Shown here in pieces: positions 13,755 to 44,700 of a DNA stretch of 64,000 bases (within the stretch, counting starts at the first letter, position 1; each line of letters opens with the position of its first letter). The notes beneath the pieces are model-generated. The model was not told the DNA's origin and searched no databases. It saw nothing but the letters and a program-made list of their open reading frames with translations. The position numbers and the translations under genes are program-made. Source of the DNA: Tubiluchus corallicola (Eukaryota; Animalia; Priapulida); the NCBI GenBank assembly GCA_030141605.1, contig JAQGDQ010000202.1:336599-400598 (forward strand), given 5' to 3'.

Positions 13755-14070
13755 TAGTACCTTTATGTACAACAACAGTGAAATGTGGGGCTCGACTGTA
13801 ACGCACGAAACAGAAATAGATGTGTTTCACAGAGGTCTGCTTAGAAAAAATGTTAAAAATAAGAATGGCCATCATTTCAAATGCTGTATAACACAACCAA
13901 AGAAGAACATTGGAGCACTAAAATTAGAATCGGAAGGCTAATATGGCCAGCCGGGGTAGGACATTGAATGAGATTGCCAGAAACAACACAAGTAAGGTTA
14001 GCATTAAGCGAGGCACTGAAACCTACTAGACAACCTCTAGGCAAACCAAAACAACTTGGATATCAAGAAA
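13755..14070 (+). mobile_element. Degraded 3' fragment of an RTE-like non-LTR retrotransposon
   Basis: Remnants of LYNSEMW...IDVFHRGLLRKML...RL.W...LMRLPETT.VRLAL.EAL.PT...GKPKTTW; clearly homologous to 16270-16490. Confidence 0.8.
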
Positions 14071-14134
14071 TAATAAATAAATAAATAAATCCCATAGCAC
14101 CGAAAATTAAGTGACAATGTACATGTCGAACTAA

Positions 14135-14384
<250 letters not shown>

Positions 14385-15532
14385 AATGTTAATTTAGACT
14401 CCTGAAATCGCGCATTTTGACTCACAACTTATATTAGGAATACTGTTGTTAAACACTTTTAGACAGCCCTATAGTCTACTAGACAAAGATGTATTTTTTA
14501 GTAAAACATTTTATCTGTGCTGTATATAAGTTTTATCCTGGTTTCACATTTTAAGCTTTCTTGTAAATATTTTTAATATTTTTAAATAAAGCTTACGTAT
14601 TAAATTAAACTTAATTAAAATAATTGCGTTTAATTTTATTTATTATTTTAAATTCCTAGGCAGCTCAACGTTTAGCTTTCAATAAAGTCAAATAACAGTA
14701 AAACACAATAAACACATGAAATACTAAATAAACAATGATAAAGTTTTTTTGAAGTTTTTGTTATTATCTCATTCAGTACAATATAATGAGGTGTAATACG
14801 TGGTAACATCAAAAAATTGTTACACAATACTGTACTAAATTATTGTTTCATACACTATCGTTATCATAAAAGATTAATTGTACTGCAGTGGGCTAGAGAA
14901 GCAAAGGCTGTCGTGTGAACCAGATAAAAAAGGAATGGATGAGTGAACAAAAAAGAAAAGAACAGAGAGAAAGGTTACATCACACAGGACAGGAAATATG
15001 ATGAGTTAGTGGAAATAGTAGGAAGAAAGACGGTAGATTGTGCGATGTTTACATTAGCTCTAAAGATTTATGTCTTGTTTTGTATAATCTGTACCAGGAT
15101 AGTGGTATTACTGCTGTACAAACTGTAGGACTGCTATCATAAACAAACACTTGAATAAATGACAAAAATAAGTTTAATGAATGAAAAAAAACAATGTTAG
15201 AAAATTCAGAAACGTAACAATTTTAGTTTGGTATTACTTAAAGTGAAAAAAGAATTCAAATTGAATCGTCAACAATTTTATTATTAAATAAACAAAAATA
15301 TTAAAAGCGTCCGAGGTCCGCATGGCCCCAAGTCACATCCAGTCATTACTGCTGCATCCTACGACAGAACCCATTCCTCTTTTGCCATAGAAACCCTGAA
15401 TAGTCTGAAATCCAGCTAAACGCATTCACTAATGACCTCCAGGCTCCCTGCGAAAAATTCAATCTTCATTTGGGGGCCTATGCAGTACCCCGGACCGCGA
15501 AGCTGCTCTGTTTCATCTTCACACCATGGAAC

Positions 15533-16003
15533 TCAATGGATCAAATGGAGCTCTCCATCCCCCTCAGGTAGTAACTCAATAATGAGTTCGTCGGCAGATA
15601 TTTCGGTTACTTCCATATCTGGTTCCTCCCGTTCGCTCTCATTGTTAGCAGCATCGGTTGGTAGAGGAACCACGTGCGCCCATAGACGTGCCTTGTGGAT
15701 CCTGCTTGTTCTCACCAATTTTGCCATTCGGCTTCTAACCCTCTTAAAAAAGCGGGGTCGTGCATTCGAAGTTAGCTTCTCTATCTCCTCGTCCACATTG
15801 CAATCGCTGGACAATGGTACAATATTTGTCCAGGTTACCTCACTACGGTTGAACCTTGGTCGACGACTAACCAGATCTATCACCCTTGTCTTCAGTCTTT
15901 TGAAGACGTCAGTTTGGGCCGTATCAAAGATATCGTCTTTATTTTGTGCGATTCTTATTGCAACAACTCTGTCGCTGCTGAACAGCCTTCTGAAATACTC
16001 CAT
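15533..16003 (-). CDS. Intronless orphan ORF, 156 aa, with a two-copy internal repeat; function unknown
   Basis: ATG-initiated ORF in an island richer in GC than its flanks. Internal repeat FKRLKTRVIDLV...WTNIVPLSSD / FKRVRSRMAKLV...WAHVVPLPTD; acidic C-terminus; AATAAA on the minus strand near 15277-15282. No family recognised. Confidence 0.5.
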   Translation of the reverse strand: MEYFRRLFSSDRVVAIRIAQNKDDIFDTAQTDVFKRLKTRVIDLVSRRPRFNRSEVTWTNIVPLSSDCNVDEEIEKLTSNARPRFFKRVRSRMAKLVRTSRIHKARLWAHVVPLPTDAANNESEREEPDMEVTEISADELIIELLPEGDGELHLIH

Positions 16004-16164
16004 AACTCTCCAAAAATCAGGATAAAAAGGAATAACATGCGAGAAAAGAAAAAACTCTGCCGTTTACCATGAAACTTCAGAAATGTATATGCACATTACG
16101 CGTCAGTAATAAGTATGACGAAAGACACTGTTATGACGCAAATATTATAACATCACCTAATATA

Positions 16165-16745
<581 letters not shown>

Positions 16746-17259
16746 CGACTGCATCACAAATATGAGCATATGCACCACTATTGACTGTAACTTCATATTA
16801 AGTACATTTAATGCATTGGCTACGCCAACGTAAAATACAGATATGAAAATAATTAGATGAAAATAATTTTCTTGATGTAGCTCAAACAAATCTGTGTAAT
16901 TAATCTGTTTAGGTTGTCTATAATAATCTGGTTGGTGTTCAAAGGTGACATACTGAAGATTACTACTGTCGATATAGTCAAAACGTCCGTAAAGTTGTTA
17001 AAGTTTTAATAAACTGCTACAATAAATAATCAAATAAATAAATAAGAAAAATGAATGAATAAAAAGATGTAAATAAATAAATAAGCAAATAAAAAAATAA
17101 GTAATAAAAATTAAATAAACAAAACTAAATAAATATGTAAATAAGTAAATCTTTTGTTTTTGCTATACAGATATACATATATGTATTTTCCGATGCAGAT
17201 TAGTTCAGGCGTCATTCTTGATTCGTGGTTGGTTGACTCTCCAGCTTGTATTATTATCG

Positions 17260-17430
17260 GTTGCATTGATTGGCGGTTGCACGATTAAGCTCCGCCCGCT
17301 TGCTGACCTCGCTTGATTGAATTGCGCAGTATTGCTACAATAAGCCAAAATGGAATATGAACTTGTATGTTACGTAGCGGCAAAGATCAAAGCGTCCAGG
17401 ATGGTATAATGACTGCCTAATTATGATCAA
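17260..17430 (+). promoter_or_regulatory. Probable proximal promoter of the T-box gene
   Basis: Inverted CCAAT (gattgg, about 17267), GC box ccgccc (17292-17297), TCF site agatcaaag (17384-17392) and TATA-like tataat (17405-17410), about 500 bp upstream of the ATG. The TSS cannot be determined from sequence. Confidence 0.5.
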
Positions 17431-17909
17431 CATGATGAAGATGAGTGCTCAACTTAAAGAGGCGCACAGGAGAAGCTCAGAATCAGATGAAGTGTGCTCT
17501 TCAGAGTCAACAACACGAAAAGTTTTATCCTCCACGCCTAGCGCTACTTGACCGTGTTAAATAAGTTATCTTTGGAGATTTAATGTTTTAGAAAAGTGTT
17601 GATTGTTCAACGCAGTTATACCTGTGATTGAAGAAAAAAACTCGAGCATTTGCTGAAGATTCCCGACAGGTGAAACAACGAAAAATAGAATTTTAACCAA
17701 ATTACACAGAACATCAGACAATCACGTGTTTCCAAGAATTGCTTGAAATAGTGAGATATCTATAACTACTTTGTTAAAAATTTAGCAATTAATACTGATT
17801 AACTTTGTGCTGAAATTAGTTAAGAGAATGGAATGTTAACAAACTGTTGATATAAACCGCAAAAACACCTGAAAATTAGTTTTACAATAAGAACTACGTC
17901 ATAACTCTA

Positions 17910-36232
<18,323 letters not shown>

Positions 36233-36904
36233 AGAATGTTATAAATAAGTTATTAACTAGGATGTTATTATCTTTATTTCATCTAGCTCCCATGTTAGAT
36301 AAGATTCATCATGGCATTGTTGCAACAGCCCAGCAAATATGTAATATTGGAGTTAACCAACATAATAGTAGTTCATTCATGCGTGGTAACAACCTAATTT
36401 ATTATTAGCCTATATAAGCAAGAATACCTTATCCAAGGAAATAAGGACCTGATTAGCTTATCTAACCAAGAATACCTTATGCAAAGAAATAAGGGCCTAG
36501 ATGGTAACTATCTATAAACGGTCCTCTCCCACATGCCTTTTGAAACTGTCAACTGATGAAGCACTGATGGTTGATGATGAAAAATGATTCCATGGTTGAA
36601 CTAGTGGTTCTAGCTGGTTGTACAAATAACTTAGACTCGTGACTAGGCTCTCTTTATTTATCTTAAACATTATGAAAGCAACTGTTGTAAACGCTATTAT
36701 ATTATAATATGAATATTAATTCAAGTATATTAATAATTATAGCTCGACAATCATAATAATACAAAATTTTGTGTAATTCTCTGTTGAATGTAAATTTGTG
36801 TTAAATCTGAGTCCACCAAACGCCATAAACTATGAAATTATGTCAAAAATGATGATATGCGATTGCAGTAGTAACTTAATCAACTACTGACGGTTACATG
36901 AAAC

Positions 36905-37225
36905 CAGGGGTGTTTCAAGACATCACTATGCTCTAGGCTGATAGTTTTGCCTGTTAATACACAATTACTTGTGGTGTATTAGTATCGCTATTACTTACAT
37001 GTAGAACCTAAGGGATTAGTTTTAATTACATATATTTAATAGTGCAACTGCTTTTGGTACCTTATAATTGTAGTTCTTTGTGCGAGCGAACTCGTATAAC
37101 TGCTTGTGGTGTGTCGTAACATACGCTCTTTATAAAACTATGAAATAATCCCTAAAATCTGCCGCTCCTCAGAATATGGCGCCCTAGGCTACAGATTCTT
37201 TAGTCTATTTGTAAATACGCCCTTG
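36905..37225. mobile_element. Possible decayed hAT-like MITE
   Basis: Ends caggggtgtttc and gtaaatacgcccttg; subterminal ccctaggc motif shared with 39317-39681; no TSD visible. Confidence 0.4.
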
Positions 37226-38788
37226 TGTACTATAAAATTTCTATATTATAAGTATGCCTACCATGCATGCAATTGTTGTTATTAATTGTAATAAATGAAT
37301 TAATTACTTGAGTATAAAACTGGCATCAAGTGTTTCGAACTTTGATGGCCAGTCATATTCTTAAATTTTGCATTATTGGCATTCAAGGACAAATGAATTA
37401 TTTTGTACAAATTGGTTAGAACAATTGTTCCTAATTATTCTCATGGATTTTGTCGCATTATTTATTAATTATTGCAAGTTATTATAATTGCATTTGTAAA
37501 TAAAATTTGTTGTTTCTTAGGCTGTAGATGTTTTAATCTACTGTGCCAGCAAATGTAGATGCATGAATATTGTGTGCAGCTGCCTGCATGATCGTCATAA
37601 GAAAAATTCATAATATCCTCTAAATTACTAAATAGATGAAAAAATAGTGTTTCTCTCATTTAAAACAAAATCTAACAGCCTATATGTAAGTCTAAAAGAA
37701 GTGTTCGAATAAATAGTTGTGCTGAAAAAAGATCTTTGCATTTTGTTTTTAAAAAATACATTTCCTATCATCAATGGATTCATTACAGTCAGTGTATCTG
37801 ACGGTGTCTGACTGGTGGGAATAATTAACTATGTTTTTGCAATATTATAATCCATTTTTAATTGATGTCATCTATATCCCTAGAAAAAAATACCTGAAAA
37901 AATTTGTCACGACACAAGTCTCATTGAAAAAGTGCAGTTAAGATGGCAATATCAAATGTTAAGATAAGTTAAATTTATTCAAAATTAAATGTCATTCTTA
38001 TTATTTTGTCGGTTGTTTATTTATTCATTACAAGGGGACTTGCCATTTCTTGAAACCTGTTAGTTTCAGAGGTATAGCACTGAGACATCTTCATGATGTC
38101 CCTCTTTACTTAATTAATTGACACAAAACTCAAAAACGTGAAGGCAAAACAATACTGTACAGAATTTTAAGAATGTTTTTATTATCACAGTTAAAAATCA
38201 ACAATTTATGTAATCGTACGTAATCTTTACTGGCAGCAACACAATTTGCAGAGGAACGAACTCAAAAATGAAGGCTAATACAACACTAATTACGCAATTT
38301 ATAACACAATTTGTACTGAACACTGATTCTTAATAAATTTGTTATATAACACTAACAGTACATTGAATAAACTTTACGAGTCACAAAAAGCTATAATAGA
38401 GTCAATCCTGTTAACTCATATCTTTGTTATGAGTAAGGGGTTACATGATTACGAGCTTGTCAAAATTTGAGAACTAATCAGAGTACAAGGCAGTCTAAGC
38501 TAACCAGATCTATCATATACTAATTTGACTGTATTGTCAAATGTTTATTTGTCCTGCTCTTTCCTCTCACTGTAATGGCTTTCAATAGAACAAATGTTTT
38601 TAGCAATCAAAACAAGTTAATAAACGAAATAATAAATGAAATTCAAAATTGATATCAACAAAAGAGCCTTGAATAGAATTTGAAATGTTTGCCAAATGAA
38701 GTTGCTTTCAATCGTTTTTAATTTCCTTCTGTTTGTTTACATAATGCTTCTAAATTTAAATGAATGTTTCTAAATTTTTTGGTCAGTT

Positions 38789-41700
38789 TTAGCTGCATGC
38801 TTTTTCACCACAGTCCTTTTCGTAAAACAGCATATAAGCGCAAGTACTGAAAACTTCTTTTCTAGTTACTCTGTGAATTGAGTAGTCAGATGTACAATAC
38901 CACCTTCTGCCTTTGTGAGATCTGAAAAAATTTCATTAGCATACATTAATAAGTTCAATGTACATAAATAATTATTGTAATTACTTATAAACGATGGTAA
39001 TTTTTTCAACACTTTATTACGAATATATTACAATAATACGGCCAAGCAACAATGGAATAGTTTCATAAATTTGGCGGAAATTTACTAATTTTGTTTCCTG
39101 CCACAAATTCAGTAATCTGGGAGCTATAATAATATAAATAATCCAGGTATTAAGATCAAAAGCATATGACCATGATTCAGTTTTCCATTCAACATTACAA
39201 ACTTCTTTGAGTAAAAAGGTCAACATTGCTGCACACAGAATACATTCATTTAGACTAGCAAACTTACTAAAGAGCTTGCTGTGCTGCAGCACATTGGTTT
39301 TTACCTCCGGTATGGACAGGGCTGGATTATGACCTTTTACTGTCCCTAGGCTAATGAAATTATGGAACCTCATCAAGATGGAGCCAACTTCTAACTTGTC
39401 CGCACTTATCTTGAATATTTTTTGCTCCTGATATATTTTAGCGACATTTACATAGATCTAAGTAAACTTATTGCCTGAAATAAACTAGAATAGCCACGTT
39501 TTGTTTGTCAATAAAAGTATTGTTTAAGAAATATCAGCATTTTACTATTTACTGCAAATCAAATTAGCACATATTTCAACACAACCATAGTGGAAAAAAC
39601 AGATTTTTTTACTAACTGTTACCGTAGCTTGAGAGACCCTAGGCAGCAGCTTACACTAGCCTACAGGATAATGAGGCCCTGGGTGTGGAGATCCAGAATT
39701 TTCAGAAAATCATAAATATTTTTTAGTGATTACTCAAATTAGTTCAGTAGCTAGGGTTAAAATTCTAACACAAATTCAGAGACTAATCTTTAAATTTAAT
39801 ATTTTTTTTGTAAATAGTAACGATTACTCAGTTATGTATTAAAGAAATCATGATCATAAAATAAAACTAGAAAAACTGTTGCAATGCACACAGTTTAGCA
39901 TGAAAGCTTTAGCATGAAAGAGAGATGTCAGAGACATCTATGTGATCAAATCAAAACAATCCCGTGTATGCCATAGCAACTCTAATTCACCTTCTGTATG
40001 CGACAAAATGTCCAGAGAAGACGCCACCATAATGAACAATTACAGCCCGTAACTGATAAAGACTAGAGGAATGATCCTGGTAACCAGAAATTTTTACTGT
40101 GCCAGATCTGAAATGATAAAAATCACACCAGTAGTTGAATGGTTGTCTGTGAACCCAGTTATAACTCTTTGCTATGGTTATGCTAATAGATGGACGATCG
40201 AAAACTGGACGTTGAAAATAAACTTATAGATCAGTAGTACAGAATTGAATTGAATTAAAATTTATTTATCTTCATCTACAAAATAATACACAATAATGAC
40301 CACAAGGATTGCGAGTCAAACAAAAGGTCAACAAAACGAAACTGTAATGTTTTACCAATAGAAAGGTGGTAGTAGGAATTTGCATCTACTAGGAAGGAAG
40401 AGTGGTAAGAATGAAATTTGACATCCTAACTGACCCATTCTTGTAAAGACAATAAACTGCATTGAATTTTTCGTATACGTTTTGAGTGCAAGTTGCTTTT
40501 AACTTAGAACAAATCATTTTATTAACTTAACTAGTATTAGAGCATTCTGATTTTATTAATTAATTGTGACTCTGACTCTTGAATTTTTATAAACCATTGC
40601 GTTTTATTTTACCAATAATTACCGTTGCGGGTAACGAGTTGGAGAAAAGAAAAGGAGATGCTGAAGAACTGTGGACTAGTTGGGATTTGAATCCGAGGCC
40701 TGGGATTACTACTCCAATGTTCTGTCAACTGAGCTGCCAGCCAACATGACAGAGCAGGCCTGAGGTTTTCTTCCTAGTAGCTAAAAATCCAATAGCGCCA
40801 TCTGTACCCATAACAGTAGGTGGATACTTATGGTATCAATACTTTATCAAATTAATTGAGAACTAACGATATTCCACATTATGATTTTGCTGTGACGTAT
40901 AGAAATTAGAGGTTTCTGTTTCGCAATGGTTTGCAAAATACTGTGAAGTGGAAAAGAACTTGCCAAATTTTAGTAAACTCAACTTCAAAATGCCTTGTTT
41001 ACAAAGTATTACAACTTTATGTACGTTATTATAAATGAACCAGCACCTACTCTCGTGTTATTAGCTGGGCAATTACATGTAGTAGTCTAAGTCGAAACCA
41101 GCTGGAAGCACTAATTTTATAGTTTACGGTTTTACTGGACTGCCAGTTGCTCAGTTCATAGTAGAGAGTGAGGAAAACTAAACTTATATATCAACTAATA
41201 TCAGTATTACCTTGTTACATTAATCTCCATAAAAACTTAGTTGTTTTAAGAAATTTTTGGTTTATTTACCGAACGCCGTACCATCAAACGAAACCGAATG
41301 CTGCTGTAAATCGCCAATAGTGACTCATATACCTGTGACGGGTTGTTCTGAGTTGGTGGCCGAATGGTTTACATTTCAATTGAGTTTGAGTCTGGTGGCT
41401 GCCAATGCCAGGACACATACCCTACATGAGATTCGTTATTTGTGTGTTGTGACATTAGTGCTAATGTTGTCTGTTAAATGAAAAATGGTAAATAAATCTT
41501 GTCTTTGTCTTTTTTCTTTCATGTAATTTACGTGTATGGAAACTCTTGTGTCTGGCCTTCTTGGTCAAATTCACAAACATTTTTAGCAAGTACTAATTTT
41601 ATGGTTTACAGAGTGAGTGTTTGTTGAGGATAAAAAGAAAATTAGAAAATAGAAACAAACCTATACAAATGACACAGGTCTGTGCCACCAAGGAGCGAGT

Positions 41701-44700
41701 TTACTGACTGATCAGCAGACACCCTGCCCGATGTCTGCTTGCAGTATTGGCTGATGTCTAGGTACTCAGGGAACGAGACAAAATCATTCCGCTTCGTTGG
41801 CATGCCGTTTTCCAGCCAGATTGAGCGTTGTAAATGGAGACATAGAACTTTCGGCAACTGAAAAGTATTAATCTACCGGTGAAAATGTAGATGAATGCAA
41901 AAGAATCTCTTATTTGTATAACTTCGCCTTTTTTGGTAAAACATCTCGGGCATTGTAGTGCTTTCTAAATCTGTACGAGGAACACCCTTAACTTAAGTGC
42001 TTCTACTCATAATTTGCTGCCATGTTCCCCAATCTGCTACCATATGCCAAGTATTCACATTATTTAAGTCAAGTGGAGTATTTCATAAGTCTTTCTTCAG
42101 AACATCTAAATACATGATCAGCTGTCCTCCTCTTGGTTTCTTCCTAGGTATTAGTGCTTGATGTAATGCTGCAGTTAAATGGAGAATATTGTGGTGTTCT
42201 AATGACACGTCCAATCGACCTAAGCGGCCATTTCTGTATGGCCTTACTCCATTCTTCTTCGTTAAATCATACAGATACTGATTTGAAATTTTCGCTGACC
42301 ATTTTGTATCCAACATCTATCTGTATAGATGTCTTTGGAAAGCATTATTTCATTCTTCGGGGCAACTCTGACTGTCCACAATTTAGAATTATACAAGAAT
42401 ACAGGTTCTACAAGTGATGACAGAATATATAGTTTAGTTTCTGTGGTAAGATTCTTATTTCCAAAAATATTTGTAAGTTTAGAAGATGTAGCCAAGGATA
42501 ATATTTTTCTGCATAGTATATCAGCTTCAGTGCTTAATAAACTTCCAAGGTATTTGCAATTCTTCCAAGACATATCCTCACCAAGCTGTTTTGAGTATTG
42601 TTCTATTTTGGTGTCATTTATCTTTAGATTGAAATTTCTCAGATGGTTATTTGCATCTTGTTTCACACCCTCAATTTAACCAATGTTAGTTGCTACCCAT
42701 GCAATATCATCACCACATTGCGCGGGCAAGAGACTCGAAGGAGATCCAAATATTGCGTAATTATGCTCTTGCTGAATAGTCGGTCTGGTAGAATTTGGAT
42801 CTACAATTGTGTACATATATGATCTAAACGCCGTACAGGTGGCACGCAATATAATGGAACACCTCAATTTTACAAATTCAGTAGCTTTCCTTAAATGTGC
42901 TGCCACCTGATGGAGAATTTTGAAATTAATCCTTTCTCACAAAGTAAATGTGCTTTACTCAAAAGAACGGAGCTTATGCTGCAGAGAGTAATACTTGTAG
43001 AAAAACTCAGAATGATAGTAGCAATAACGACAAACTAATTTGTGTGACTGAAAGTTTTCACTTTACGTTTATAGTAAATAGAAAAAAATAAACCAAAAAC
43101 GAAGAAAAAGCATTGCTTACAGAAAAAAGAAGCCAAATTTTCACATAATATTTTAAACTCATGCCTTGAAACAGTGAAAGTAAATCTGAGAGAAATGCTT
43201 GTAATTCAAACGGGACCTTTAAACAACTGTCACATTAGGTTAGCCTTCAAAGTTAATAATAGTTAAGGTAAACCTGGCAAAGAATAGTGCACTTGTTGTT
43301 AATTCACCTTGCCAAATGTGGTCTCCTTCACAAATGTGTTTTTCATATGCGGATTTAGCAAACATTCTGTTCCGTCGAGATCCTTTTCAGATAAACCCGT
43401 TTGTTCGGTGACTCGATCTTCCAGTAACTTTGTGCAGTTTTCACAAGAAACGTCTTTAACGCACTCGGAAATCAAATACGTCTGTAGACAACTCTCTAGA
43501 GTAATGTTGTACTGAAAAGGATTAGAAATAAATAAAATAAAGTCTAATGCCTTCAGCTATACAGATAAGTACTCAAATATTAACTTTCTTTTTTCTCTTG
43601 CAATGCTATAAATGTATAGGAAGCAATACTAAATTAAAAAGTTATGCATTTGCACTGGGATTTGAACCCAGGCCTTCTTCTTTCCAGGCAGCTGTGCTAA
43701 TAAGCAACTTACCCTTATTTGTTTGTTCAACGGCAAAGACAAGCTACTAAATGTGTCATAGTGGACTGGAAGCTAAAAAAGAAAAATAATTTTAACACAA
43801 ACGAACTTTCCAGGTAAAGTACAGTAACCATGTAGTAAAAATTCTGCGCATAATAGTATCAATCACATTTGATAGTTTTTGTGTAATTGAATACAGGGTA
43901 GATTATGACTCGTAAAGAGAAATATGTATACAAAAGTAAAAACTACATACCAACGGAAATAAAAATCTTGTTCAAATACTCTAGCTAGCAGATGACAGCA
44001 CATTGTTATTGTATCCACAATATTTTTGTAATGATTACTATCATGCAATAAAGTGTTATATGAACAGACTTATTGCTTGACTTACTGAATTACTCAATCT
44101 GCACACGTACAAAGTAAAGTGTAGTTGTGTAATATTATGGTAGGCTCCATGAGTGACCAAGGTCCGGCAGTATTATGCAAAAGGTGCAGAAACTGCCATT
44201 AAGCTCGATCAATTGCGAGCAGATTTTGCAATGCTGCAATGTGCATTGTATAACATCACAAAAGCATTACTAAACCTACTGCACACATAAACACAATTTG
44301 TTATCCATGAATGTATGTACAAATACTCCAGATGATAAGATGTATTTTGTGTTTAAAGTTAGCTAGCTAATAAATATCTTTTCTTCTGTCACACAATCAC
44401 TTTTTCATTTCATTATTTAAGATTTATTAAATGCCACAGCGAGGACTATTGATCTAACAACTGACAAGAGTTTTCTTTTGTAACTATGTTACATCTGTCG
44501 AGAAATGTGATAGTATGGTGTATCTGGAGGCACAGTGGTTATACGTATTTACCCAGGTTGCTTGGATCTACCCCAGCAAATAGGTTTATTAATAAACATA
44601 CAACCTTTTTCTGAACAAGCCTGTAGACCATACTATTGGCATTGTGCGTAATTACCCATTTATTGAGATAATTATTCTACTTTCAGTAGGCTTCCTCGGA

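Noticed and set aside
15270-15415. SECIS element for the orphan ORF's TGA
   Set aside because: An ATGA is present, but there is no properly spaced apical AA and GA pair with supporting stems.
15432-16025. 197-aa plus-strand ORF
   Set aside because: Ser/Leu-rich antisense shadow of the minus-strand ORF, which has the internal repeat and a poly(A) signal; dual coding is not excluded but is unsupported.
36550-36590. CTGATGA...GAAA hammerhead in the T-box 3' UTR (similar case at about 17653)
   Set aside because: No credible stem II/III or NUH cleavage triplet.
43650-43700. tRNA gene on the minus strand (ggttcaaatccc B box)
   Set aside because: Only a partial tRNA-like or SINE remnant; no complete cloverleaf.
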